A stretch of 48,110 bases of DNA from NCBI GenBank assembly GCA_001778985.1, contig MFIU01000001.1, positions 1-48,110 of the forward strand, written 5' to 3'. The position numbers and the translations under genes were made by a program. Positions 1 through 8,825 of the stretch are shown piece by piece. The notes below the pieces were generated by a model, which was given only the letters and a program-made list of their open reading frames with translations, was not told where the DNA came from and made no database searches. The number at the start of each line of letters is the position of its first letter. Position 1 is the first letter of the stretch. Source of the stretch: Candidatus Giovannonibacteria bacterium RIFOXYD1_FULL_48_21 (GTDB lineage: Bacteria > Patescibacteriota > Minisyncoccia > JACPKW01 > UBA11713).

Positions 1-402
1 CCTGACCACATCAAAGACGTCCCCGATTCCATACTGAATGAAATAATCCAATGCGCTCATTTTGGACATGCGATGTCCAAGTGCAATGAACAATGCACTG
101 AGGCCTACAAAATCATTCCTCAAGAACTCCAATTCCTAAGGAAGATGAATCTTCCCTTACCTCGTCTCTGCCCCAACTGCCGCCATTACCAGAGAATTAA
201 ACAAAGAAACCCCCTTAAACTATGGCACAGGAAATGTCAATGCAACGGCGCCAAATCTTCAAACAATGTTTACACTAACACCGCTGACCATATTCACCAC
301 AAAAAAGATGAGCACTGCCCTAATGAATTTGAGACGACTTACTCGCCAGAGAGGCCGGAGATAGTTTACTGCGAGGCTTGCTATCTAAGGGAGGTGGTGT
401 AA
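1..402 (+). CDS. Cys-rich (zinc-ribbon) conserved hypothetical protein, C-terminal part (5' truncated by window edge)
   Basis: Frame 1 is open from base 1 (PDHIKDVPDSILNEIIQCAH...) to TAA at 402; CxxC motifs (CPNC, CQC, CEAC) and the C-terminal 'FETTYSPERPEIVYCEACY' resemble a family common in CPR genomes. Confidence 0.75.
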   Translation, partial: PDHIKDVPDSILNEIIQCAHFGHAMSKCNEQCTEAYKIIPQELQFLRKMNLPLPRLCPNCRHYQRIKQRNPLKLWHRKCQCNGAKSSNNVYTNTADHIHHKKDEHCPNEFETTYSPERPEIVYCEACYLREVV

Positions 403-411
403 ACGACATGA

Positions 412-2301
412 ATGGATCCGCCTAAAAATTACAAAGAAATAATTATTTTCGCTCCCACCCCCTCTTTTCTGGAAAGCGGGGATTTGGGATTTGCGGAAAA
501 TCTTTCTAAATATAAAAATCTGCGGCTCCACAATAATTTCTGGCGGCGGAATACGATTATTCTGGAAACTGGCGAGAAAAAAAGTCCGTCAGAACTTTCA
601 TGCGAGCTTACGGATTTGGGATACGTAAAATACGTGGGCGAAATCCACAAAGGCGAATTTTTCCAGCAGGGCGGGCTTATCACGATTTTCCCCATCAATA
701 ATCAAACGCCAGTAACCATAGAATTTGAAGGAAATTATGTTACCTCGATTCAGGAGGCTAAAATCGTTCCGCATGAAACCCGCTTGTCGAAAATCTCCGG
801 ACATAAAATCGAGGCCGGAGACTACGTGGTGCACGAGGACCATGGGATAGGAGTTTTCCGTGGTATCGAGAAAAATTATTTGATGATTGAGTATGCCCCG
901 GCGAGAAAAAATGGCGAGCCGGACAAACTTTTTGTCCCGGAAAAACTTTCGAAAAAAATCTCTCCGTATCTTGGATTAAAAAATCCCCAGATAAACCGGC
1001 TGGGAACGCCCTTGTGGCAGGAAACCAAGCGAAAAGCAAAAGAAGATATTTTGAAATTCGCGCGGGAACTTTTAGCGCTTTATAAAACTCGAAGCGAAGT
1101 AAAACGCCCTCCCTACGAGCCTTCATCATTTGAAAAAGAAATCTGGGATAGCTTTGAGTACCAGCTTACCGAGAGTCAGGAAAGAGCCCTGGACGACATT
1201 TTCAAAGATTTCTCAAAAGACGAGCCCATGGAGCGTTTGCTGGTGGGAGACGTGGGCTTCGGCAAAACCGAAATCGCCCTTCGAGCGAGTCTCAGGGTGA
1301 TTCTAAACGGCAAGAGGACTGCTCTTTTATCCCCCACTACCGTGCTTTGCGACCAGCATTATGAAACTTTCAAAAAAAGACTCGAGGATAAAGGAGTAAA
1401 CGTAGAAAGATTAACGCGCTTTGATTCAAAATCCAGAATAAGTGGCGCTGACATAATTATTGGAACCCATCGAATTTTATCCAAAGATATTGAGTTTTCA
1501 AATTTGGGACTTTTGATAATCGATGAGGAGCAGAGATTTGGAGTTCGTCACAAAGAAACCTTGAAAAAAAGATATCCGGGAGTGGACGTTCTGTATCTGT
1601 CGGCGACACCGATTCCGCGAACCCTGGCCTTCTCGCTCTCGAAAATCAGGCCGATGAGTTTAATTTCTGACCCGCCGGAGGGCCGGACCCCGATTATGAC
1701 CTTTGTTCTGCCGCGAGGCGAGAAAATTATCCGAGAAGCTATCACAAAAGAGCTTCGGCGCAAAGGCCAGATTTATTTTCTCTCTCCAAGAATCCTAAAA
1801 ATTCCCTTCATCTTCGAAAAACTCGAGCGGGAGTTCCCAAAAATTAAAAAAGCCGCGCTCCACGGCCGAATGTCAGAGAAAAAACTTGTCCAAACCATGC
1901 ATGATTTTCGCGAAGGCAAAATCCAGGTGCTGATTTCCACTACAATCATAGAAAACGGCCTTGACATCTCCTCGGTCAATACTTTGATTGTCGAAGACGC
2001 GACCCGATTGGGACTTTCGCAAGCGCACCAGCTTCGCGGCCGAATCGGCCGCGGAAAAGTGCAAGCCTTTGCATACTTTTTATATCCTGCTAAAAAATTG
2101 AAACAGAAAGCTGAAGAAAGATTGGAGGCGCTTCTGTCCTTTCAAGAGCTGGGCGCGGGTCTTGAAATCGCCAAGCGCGACCTCGAACTCCGCGGCTCCG
2201 GCAACATCCTCGGCCGCGAGCAGTCCGGCGTCATGAATCGGATTGGGTGGAATCTGTATTTTCAGTATCTGTCGGAATCCTTGGAAGATCTAGAAACATA
2301 G
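412..2301 (+). CDS. mfd: Transcription-repair coupling factor (Mfd), shortened
   Basis: CarD/RID-like 'GDYVVHEDHGIGVF'; Walker A GDVGFGKT; DEEQRFGV; SATPIPRT; QLRGRIGR; TRG motif DLELRGSGNILG. Ends without the C-terminal TRCF domain. Confidence 0.9.
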   Translation: MDPPKNYKEIIIFAPTPSFLESGDLGFAENLSKYKNLRLHNNFWRRNTIILETGEKKSPSELSCELTDLGYVKYVGEIHKGEFFQQGGLITIFPINNQTPVTIEFEGNYVTSIQEAKIVPHETRLSKISGHKIEAGDYVVHEDHGIGVFRGIEKNYLMIEYAPARKNGEPDKLFVPEKLSKKISPYLGLKNPQINRLGTPLWQETKRKAKEDILKFARELLALYKTRSEVKRPPYEPSSFEKEIWDSFEYQLTESQERALDDIFKDFSKDEPMERLLVGDVGFGKTEIALRASLRVILNGKRTALLSPTTVLCDQHYETFKKRLEDKGVNVERLTRFDSKSRISGADIIIGTHRILSKDIEFSNLGLLIIDEEQRFGVRHKETLKKRYPGVDVLYLSATPIPRTLAFSLSKIRPMSLISDPPEGRTPIMTFVLPRGEKIIREAITKELRRKGQIYFLSPRILKIPFIFEKLEREFPKIKKAALHGRMSEKKLVQTMHDFREGKIQVLISTTIIENGLDISSVNTLIVEDATRLGLSQAHQLRGRIGRGKVQAFAYFLYPAKKLKQKAEERLEALLSFQELGAGLEIAKRDLELRGSGNILGREQSGVMNRIGWNLYFQYLSESLEDLET

Positions 2302-2369
2302 AAAATTACAAAACTATTGAACCATTACGGATAGCTTGACAAGGTGAGGATATAGTAGATATTACTAAT

Positions 2370-2567
2370 ATGAAAGTATTAAGCATCGGATTAAAAATAC
2401 TAATAACTTTCCTAATTATTACGGTGACATCAGCGGTCTATCAGTTTGCGGTAGAAAAAATAGGTCATGGCGCAGAATCGGCTTTAATAAATTGGGCCGG
2501 AGGTGCGATTATAATATTAATATGGGTGCCGAAATCGTGGTGGACGAAATGGAGGAAAACGAACTAA
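2370..2567 (+). CDS. Small 2-TM hypothetical protein
   Basis: 65-aa ORF with two hydrophobic segments; AT-rich. Confidence 0.55.
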   Translation: MKVLSIGLKILITFLIITVTSAVYQFAVEKIGHGAESALINWAGGAIIILIWVPKSWWTKWRKTN

Positions 2568-2743
2568 ATTACTGGAAAAAGATCGGCACTATTGTTTTTC
2601 TCGTCGTAGTGAGTCTTATAATAGCCCTGGCTGATGATTCTGCTCATCCCTTTCTTCTAATTTGGTGGGGTTGGATTTGGGGAATTATATTTTTAATCTG
2701 GCTGACTGCAAAAGTTATCCAATATTTTCGTAAAAACAACTAA
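2549..2743 (+). CDS. Small 2-TM hypothetical protein
   Basis: ATG at 2549 (MEENELNYWKK...) overlaps the previous gene; two hydrophobic segments. Confidence 0.55.
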   Translation: MEENELNYWKKIGTIVFLVVVSLIIALADDSAHPFLLIWWGWIWGIIFLIWLTAKVIQYFRKNN

Positions 2744-2812
2744 CTACTTTACACTACTCTGCCACCGTTTAAAATCACCCTCGCTGACGACAAAACCTTT
2801 CTTGTAAATCAA

Positions 2813-2855
2813 AGACTCTCCGGGTGCGAAAACTCGGAGGGTTCTTTTTTATTTT
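2813..2855 (+). terminator. Rho-independent terminator
   Basis: Stem CTCCGGGT/ACTCGGAG with a GCGAAA loop, followed by a T tract. Confidence 0.7.
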
Positions 2856-2911
2856 AGAAATGTGACAATGTTCGGACGATCGCCGCATAAAAAAGTTATC
2901 CCCGCGCCCTC

Positions 2912-2940
2912 TTGACTTTTAAAAACATCATTAATATAAT
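2912..2940 (+). promoter_or_regulatory. sigma70-type promoter driving a small RNA
   Basis: TTGACT (2912-2917), 17 nt, TATAAT (2935-2940); no plus-strand ORF downstream. Confidence 0.75.
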
Positions 2941-2945
2941 TATGG

Positions 2946-3013
2946 TAAGACAAATAAGACCTCGCCGCTGAGATACCGTAAGGCGTCTCACGAAGGTGGC
3001 GGGGCTTTGTCGT
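2946..3013 (+). ncRNA. Structured small RNA convergent on the DUF3800 gene (DUF3800-RNA-motif-like)
   Basis: Nested stems GACAAA/TTTGTC, CCTCGCCGC/GTGGCGGGG and TGAGATACC/GGCGTCTCA closed by a GTAA (GNRA) loop; G-U pairs favour the + strand; consensus promoter directly upstream. Confidence 0.65.
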
Positions 3014-3646
3014 TTATGGGAAAAGAGGCGCTTCCTCTATTATCTTTTGTGAGATTAAGTTGTAATAAGTATCGTCGCCCTTTTCATACTTTCTGAAAAT
3101 TGCCCAAGAAACAAAATCAACCACTTGAAGTGCTTTTTCTTTCACGGGACTTGCAATTTCAATATTTAATAACAACCGACGCTGATTATTTATCTGTCTT
3201 TGCAAATAATCCTTAAAATTTTCGTTTAAGAACTTGTTGGTTTCTCTGCGAGAAGCAATTAATGTAATAGGTCCGTCAGTGGAAATAGGTTTTTTCTTAA
3301 AAAGTCGGTCAAGTAAAATGTTTGTCACATAATTATAAAGTACTGCTTTTTCATCCTGCAGTTTTGTGTATACTTTCTGTTTATTTAAAATAATCGCTAG
3401 TATAAAACATTCTCTTTCACCAAGTAACCTAAGTATTCTAGTCCTTGTGATTGGGGTTTCCCGATAAGAGTGGAGATAACCCACTTTCTTAAATTTTTTA
3501 CGAAGACTTTTGTGTACTTTCTTGGCGATACTCTCAAGCTGACGTTTCGAATTGGTAAAAAGGACTGTCACTATAAAAAATTTTGACGATCCCCTTTTTA
3601 ACTTAAAACCTAAATCTCCAGATTCGTCTAAGAGAATAAAAGTCAT
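3014..3646 (-). CDS. DUF3800 family protein (RNase H-like fold)
   Basis: N-terminal 'FILLDESGDLG' and C-terminal 'LQVVDFVSWAIFRKYE' motifs; AT-rich relative to its neighbours. Confidence 0.85.
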   Translation of the reverse strand: MTFILLDESGDLGFKLKRGSSKFFIVTVLFTNSKRQLESIAKKVHKSLRKKFKKVGYLHSYRETPITRTRILRLLGERECFILAIILNKQKVYTKLQDEKAVLYNYVTNILLDRLFKKKPISTDGPITLIASRRETNKFLNENFKDYLQRQINNQRRLLLNIEIASPVKEKALQVVDFVSWAIFRKYEKGDDTYYNLISQKIIEEAPLFP

Positions 3647-3667
3647 CCTGTTTTTACGGGTTTAATG

Positions 3668-4810
3668 TTACTCTTTACTTTCAGTATTCGGGAGAGTCGC
3701 TGGAATCTCTTTCTTAACCGCCTCGTCGCCAAGATAGGAAAGTGTCATCCTGCGGTCTTTGGGTTCGAAAAGTGTTATCTGAAAAGGATAGGTTTTCCCA
3801 ACCTCCAATTTTTCTTTCATTTTGTCGATAGAACCGAATTCCGAGATATGGGAAAGCCCCGAGACTCCTTCGGCGATCGCGACCAGCGCCCCGTATTTAT
3901 TGAAGCGCAGTACCCTGCCCTCCACGATATCGCTTTTGTGATATTTATCGGCCGCGGCCATCCAGGGGTCGGGCTTCAGAGCTTTAACCGACAAAGAAAC
4001 CCGGCCGCCCTCAATCCCGATTATTTTGGCTTGGAGCCGCTCTCCGACTTTGAAAAGCTCGTGCGGATTTTGGACCAAAGACCAATCGAGCTCCGAAAGA
4101 TGGCAAAGCCCTTCCAGGCCTTCCTCCAGTTTTATGAAAATGCCGAAATCCACCACGCCCGTAATCTCGCCTTCGATAATTTGGCCCGCGGCGTACTTGG
4201 CGGTCAGTTCTTTCAGCTCCGCCGTTTCCGCCCCCTTTTCTGAAAAAATTATTTTATCTTCTCTGGGGTCGAACGCGATGATGGTCACGCTCAATTTCTG
4301 GCCCTCGAGTTTTTTCAGCTCCTGGAAAATTTTTTCTCTGTCCCCGCCTTCCACCCGCGGGTAGTGGGAGGTTTTCAGCTGCGAGGCCGGCAGAAAGCCT
4401 TTGATCTTTTTCCATTCTAAAACCAAACCTCCTTTATTGGCTTCCAGCACTTCCAGCTCCAAAACTTCTTTTTTCTTCATCAGCTCCTCGGCCTCAAACC
4501 AGACCAAATCCCGGCCGGCTTCCCGGAGCGAGAGCTCAACGTAGCCGTCTTCATTCTCCAGTTCCACGATTTTGGCCGGCAGCACCTCGCCCGGCTTCAA
4601 ATTCTTGACGATATCCCGCGCCAAAATATATTCCCGGCCGTAGACCACCCCGCAGCCGTAGGCTCCCAAATCAAAAAAAGCTTTGGCGCCCGAGCGTTCT
4701 AAAAATTTTGCCTGGACCAAATCATCCGCCTTCGGCAGAACGAGCGGCATTTTTTTCCAAAGCCCATCCATCAAATTGTTTTTCTTGAGCCCTAAATCCG
4801 TAACCAGCAT
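3668..4810 (-). CDS. rpsA: 30S ribosomal protein S1 (four S1 domains)
   Basis: Repeated S1 motifs (GFLPASQL, EGLCHLSEL, GLSHISEF). Confidence 0.9.
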   Translation of the reverse strand: MLVTDLGLKKNNLMDGLWKKMPLVLPKADDLVQAKFLERSGAKAFFDLGAYGCGVVYGREYILARDIVKNLKPGEVLPAKIVELENEDGYVELSLREAGRDLVWFEAEELMKKKEVLELEVLEANKGGLVLEWKKIKGFLPASQLKTSHYPRVEGGDREKIFQELKKLEGQKLSVTIIAFDPREDKIIFSEKGAETAELKELTAKYAAGQIIEGEITGVVDFGIFIKLEEGLEGLCHLSELDWSLVQNPHELFKVGERLQAKIIGIEGGRVSLSVKALKPDPWMAAADKYHKSDIVEGRVLRFNKYGALVAIAEGVSGLSHISEFGSIDKMKEKLEVGKTYPFQITLFEPKDRRMTLSYLGDEAVKKEIPATLPNTESKE

Positions 4811-4817
4811 AAAAAGG

Positions 4818-4846
4818 AGTATAGACTCTCTTTAAATTTAAGTCAA
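4818..4846 (-). promoter_or_regulatory. sigma70 promoter of rpsA (likely leaderless mRNA)
   Basis: Minus strand TTGACT, 17 nt, TATACT; the -10 ends 7 nt before the ATG. Confidence 0.65.
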
Positions 4847-4865
4847 AATAGGTTAAAATTTTTCT

Positions 4866-5516
4866 ATGGTAATAACTTACTACGGGGCTTCGTGCTTCAA
4901 AGTGGAATCAGGAAAGCTGGCCGTGGCCTTTGACCCGCCCTCCAAAGAATCGGAGCTGAAGCCGCCCCGTTTTTCAGCCGACGTCGTCCTGGTGAGCCAC
5001 AATCATCCCCGCCACAACGGCTTCCAAGAGCTTTCTGGCGAGCCTTTTTTAATTTCCGGGCCGGGCGAGTACGAAGTTAAAGGACTTTCCGTAAACGGCC
5101 TACCTTCTTTTCACGACAAAGAAAAAGGCGCCAAGCGCGGAACGAACACCATTTATCTCGTGGAGCTTGAAGAGGTCAAACTCTGCCATCTCGGAGATTT
5201 GGGCGCCCCGGAGCTCGACGCCGAAATCCTGGAGAAAATTGGGCAAGTGGACGTTCTCTTTGTTCCTTCCGGCGGCGAAGATGTCCTCGACCCGGCCGAG
5301 GCCGCTAAAGTCGTGAACCTCCTGGAGCCGAAAATCGTAATCCCCATGCACTACCAATTGCCCAAAACGCCTCAGAAGGGCGCTAAGATTGAAGAATTTT
5401 TGCACGAACTCGGCGAAAAAGAAATAAAACCGGAAGAAAAATTTACTTTCAAGAAAAAAGAGCTTCCGGAAGAAGGAACCAAAGTCGTGGTTTTAAAACC
5501 GGCCATAAGTTTATGA
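4866..5516 (+). CDS. MBL-fold metallo-hydrolase (Lactamase_B_3-like)
   Basis: SHNHPRHN, HLGDLG and IPMHY motifs. Confidence 0.85.
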   Translation: MVITYYGASCFKVESGKLAVAFDPPSKESELKPPRFSADVVLVSHNHPRHNGFQELSGEPFLISGPGEYEVKGLSVNGLPSFHDKEKGAKRGTNTIYLVELEEVKLCHLGDLGAPELDAEILEKIGQVDVLFVPSGGEDVLDPAEAAKVVNLLEPKIVIPMHYQLPKTPQKGAKIEEFLHELGEKEIKPEEKFTFKKKELPEEGTKVVVLKPAISL

Positions 5517-5617
5517 ACCCCGTTAGAAAATCTACAAGCCAAATAATTTCTGAAGTAGAACCTTATGCGCTAATGGTCGTATCCTCAATTACCAGCCTAA
5601 AGATTTTCTAACGGGGT
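5517..5617. mobile_element. MITE/REPIN-like element, CCCGTTAGAAA family
   Basis: Perfect 17-bp inverted repeat ACCCCGTTAGAAAATCT (5517-5533) / AGATTTTCTAACGGGGT (5601-5617) around 67 nt; TGAA at both junctions. Confidence 0.8.
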
Positions 5618-5870
5618 GAATTTTTTCGATAAATTGGAGGAAATCAGGCAAAAACCGGTCGAAACCCGGCGGAGAATTTTAGTATTGACCCTTTTTCTAT
5701 CGATGGCGCTCGTAATCGGCCTCTGGTTAAGTCTTCTGAAGTTCGGAGGTACTGCCGCTAAATCCGCCTCAGCCGGCCCCCGGCCCTGGGAGGTCATCAA
5801 AGGAACTTTCCGGGCTTCCACCCAAGAGCTTAAAAAAACTTTACCGGCTGAAACTTATCTAAAAGAATAA
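5616..5870 (+). CDS. Hypothetical single-TM protein
   Basis: 84-aa ORF directly upstream of gyrA; its GTG start lies at the element end. Confidence 0.7.
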   Translation: MNFFDKLEEIRQKPVETRRRILVLTLFLSMALVIGLWLSLLKFGGTAAKSASAGPRPWEVIKGTFRASTQELKKTLPAETYLKE

Positions 5871-5871
5871 T

Positions 5872-8304
5872 ATGCCCGAAGAAAATATCCAAAAACGGGA
5901 CATCGTGCCGGAGATGCGTGAGTCTTACCTTGACTACGCCATGTCCGTGATTGTCGCCCGGGCCCTGCCGGACGTTCGGGACGGCTTGAAGCCCGTGCAC
6001 CGCAGAATTCTCTATTCCATGCACGACCTGGGCCTGGGGCACTCGGCCAAATACCGCAAATCCGCGGCCGTAGTTGGAGATACTTTGGGAAAATATCATC
6101 CTCACGGCGACATTGCCCTCTACGACGCCTTGGCGCGTCTGGCTCAAGATTTTTCCATGCGTTATACCTTGATCGACGGCCAGGGAAATTTCGGCTCGAT
6201 TGACGGCGACGCGGCCGCGGCCCAGCGTTACACCGAGGTCAGAATGACCCAGCTCGCCGAGGAGCTTCTCGCCGACATTGAAAAAGATACGGTTGATTTT
6301 CGCGACAACTACGACGGAACCAGAAGAGAACCATCAGTCCTTCCGGCCAGCCTTCCGAATCTTCTGCTGAACGGAACACTGGGAATCGCGGTGGGCATGG
6401 CCACCAATATTCCGCCGCATAATCTCGGCGAGGTCATTGACGCCGCCGTGGAATTAATCCGCCGTCCCAAAACCTCCGTGGAAGAATTGACGCAGTTTAT
6501 CGCCGGGCCGGATTTTCCGACCGGCGGACTTGTCTTTTCCAAAAAAGATCTCCTCGCGGCCTACGCCACCGGCCGCGGCTCGGTCATAACCCGAGGCGAG
6601 GCAGAGATTGTCGAAAAATCAAAGGGCAATTTTCAAATTCTGATTTCCTCCATCCCCTACCAGGTAAATAAATCCGAACTTATCACTAAGATGGCGGATT
6701 TGGTGCGGGAAAAAAGACTAGAAGGCATTCGCGACCTCCGCGACGAATCCGACAAAGAAGGACTGACCATCGCCATCGACCTGAAGCACGACGCGGTTCC
6801 GGAGAAAATTTTAAACAGTCTCTACAAGTACACCGACCTGGAGCGCGCTTTTCACTTCAATATGATTGCGCTCGTAGACGGCATTCAGCCGCAGGTTTTG
6901 TCTTTGAAAGGCATTTTGGAGCAGTTCGTGGCCTGGAGGAAACTCGTCACCGAACGCCGGGCCAAGTTTGACCTGAAAAAAACCGAGGAGCGAGCCCATA
7001 TTTTAGAAGGGCTTAAAAAAGCGCTCGACCATATCGATGCCGTGATTAAGACCATTAAATCCTCCGAATCAAAGGAAGAGGCGCATAAAAATTTAGTCAA
7101 GAAATTCGAGCTTTCGGACCCGCAGGCCCAAGCGATTTTGGAAATGCGCCTGGCCACTTTGGCGGGCTTGGAGCGCCAAAAGATAGAAGACGAGTTAAAA
7201 GAAAAACAAAAACTGATTAGGGACTTAAAAGCTCTGCTGAAGGACCCGGACAAGATTGCCGAAACGGTCAAAGACGAGCTCTTGGCCCTGAAGAAAAAAT
7301 ACGGCGACGCGAGAAAAACCAAAATAATCGCCTCCCCTGTCAAATCTTTCTCCATGGAAGACTTGATTCCCGAGCGCGAGACCATCGTGGTCCTGACCCA
7401 GGACGGTTACGTGAAACGTGTCAACCCGGAAGAATACAAAAGTCAGAAGCGGGGCGGCAAAGGCATTATCGGGCATGAAACCAAAGAAGAAGACGCGGTC
7501 ACGAACTTTTTGGCCGCGAACACCCATGATGACCTCCTGTTTTTCACCTCCAGGGGAAAAGTTTTTCAGACCAAGATGTACGAAATTCCGGAAGGAAAAA
7601 GAGTTTCCAAAGGCAAGGCGATTCAAAATTTCCTGCCGATCTCCCAGGACGAAAAAATAACTTCGATTTTGGCGGTGCCGAAAGCGAAGAAGGGCCAGAT
7701 TCTGTCATTCGTTATGATTACCAAGAACGGTATAATAAAGAAGGTGGACTCTAAACATTTTCAAGATGTCCGGCGTTCCGGAATAATCGCGATTCGGCTC
7801 CAGAAAAATGACGTCCTCGCCTGGGTGCTTCTCGCCGAGAAAGGAGACCATCTGGTTCTCACCACCAAAAAAGGGCAGGCCATCCGCTTCAAAGAGTCCG
7901 ATGCCAGGCAGATGGGACGGGGAGCTCAGGGGGTTAAAGCCATCAGACTGAAAAAATCAGATGAGCTGGTGGGCGCGGACGTAATCTCCGCCAAAGATAA
8001 CGAGGCTCTCTTATTGGCCGTGACGGAAAACGGCTACGGCAAGAAGACCAAGCTTGGCCAATACCGCGTTCAGAGGCGCGGCGGCTCTGGCATCAAAACC
8101 GCCAAACTGACTTCCAAAACCGGAAATCTGGTTTCGGCCAAAGTCATCTCCCCGGAGCTGGAAGAATTAATCGCCATCTCTAAAAAAGGCCAGGTAATCA
8201 GAACCCCCTTGAAAGAAATTTCCGTTCTCGGCCGGGCGACGCAAGGAGTCAGAATCATGCGCCTTCAAGCCAAAGACCAGCTTGCTTCAATCACATGTTT
8301 ATAG
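5872..8304 (+). CDS. gyrA: DNA gyrase subunit A
   Basis: RALPDVRDGLKPVHRR, GKYHPHGD, catalytic AQRYTE, GyrA-box QKRGGKG and C-terminal pinwheel repeats. Confidence 0.98.
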   Translation: MPEENIQKRDIVPEMRESYLDYAMSVIVARALPDVRDGLKPVHRRILYSMHDLGLGHSAKYRKSAAVVGDTLGKYHPHGDIALYDALARLAQDFSMRYTLIDGQGNFGSIDGDAAAAQRYTEVRMTQLAEELLADIEKDTVDFRDNYDGTRREPSVLPASLPNLLLNGTLGIAVGMATNIPPHNLGEVIDAAVELIRRPKTSVEELTQFIAGPDFPTGGLVFSKKDLLAAYATGRGSVITRGEAEIVEKSKGNFQILISSIPYQVNKSELITKMADLVREKRLEGIRDLRDESDKEGLTIAIDLKHDAVPEKILNSLYKYTDLERAFHFNMIALVDGIQPQVLSLKGILEQFVAWRKLVTERRAKFDLKKTEERAHILEGLKKALDHIDAVIKTIKSSESKEEAHKNLVKKFELSDPQAQAILEMRLATLAGLERQKIEDELKEKQKLIRDLKALLKDPDKIAETVKDELLALKKKYGDARKTKIIASPVKSFSMEDLIPERETIVVLTQDGYVKRVNPEEYKSQKRGGKGIIGHETKEEDAVTNFLAANTHDDLLFFTSRGKVFQTKMYEIPEGKRVSKGKAIQNFLPISQDEKITSILAVPKAKKGQILSFVMITKNGIIKKVDSKHFQDVRRSGIIAIRLQKNDVLAWVLLAEKGDHLVLTTKKGQAIRFKESDARQMGRGAQGVKAIRLKKSDELVGADVISAKDNEALLLAVTENGYGKKTKLGQYRVQRRGGSGIKTAKLTSKTGNLVSAKVISPELEELIAISKKGQVIRTPLKEISVLGRATQGVRIMRLQAKDQLASITCL

Positions 8305-8822
8305 CGCCGGAAGCTGTTGTTAAAAATTTGGATATTCTGCCGGGAATGAAGGTGGCGGATTTCGGAGCTGGAGCCGGCTTTTACACTTTGGTCTTGGCCG
8401 AAAGAGTCGGCGCTTCCGGCAAGGTCTGGGCGCTCGACATCAGAAAAGAGATGCTCGAAGTGATTCGTTCCAAAGCCCGCCAAGCGCGTCTGACCAATAT
8501 CGAAACTCTCTGGTCCGACCTGGAGCAACCCGAAGGCTCGCACCTCAAAGAAAATTCAACGGACTTGGTGCTGATTTCAAACCTTTTATTTCAAGTCCAG
8601 GACAAAAAAGTTCTGGCCGAGGAAACTTCTAGAATTCTGAAACCCGGCGGCCGGGTGGTGCTGGTGGAGTGGGACGAAGAAGAAAAACCCTTGGGCCCCC
8701 CGCTCCGTCAGCGCGTGAACCGCAAAGCCGCCGAAGATATTTTTTTGAAAACGGGATTTCATTTCGAAAAAGAGTTCGACGCCGGAGAGAATCATTATGG
8801 ATTAATTCTGAAAAAACCTTAA
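8295..8822 (+). CDS. Class I SAM-dependent methyltransferase
   Basis: VADFGAGAG motif I; LKPGG motif. Confidence 0.85.
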   Translation: MFIAPEAVVKNLDILPGMKVADFGAGAGFYTLVLAERVGASGKVWALDIRKEMLEVIRSKARQARLTNIETLWSDLEQPEGSHLKENSTDLVLISNLLFQVQDKKVLAEETSRILKPGGRVVLVEWDEEEKPLGPPLRQRVNRKAAEDIFLKTGFHFEKEFDAGENHYGLILKKP

Positions 8823-8825
8823 ACC

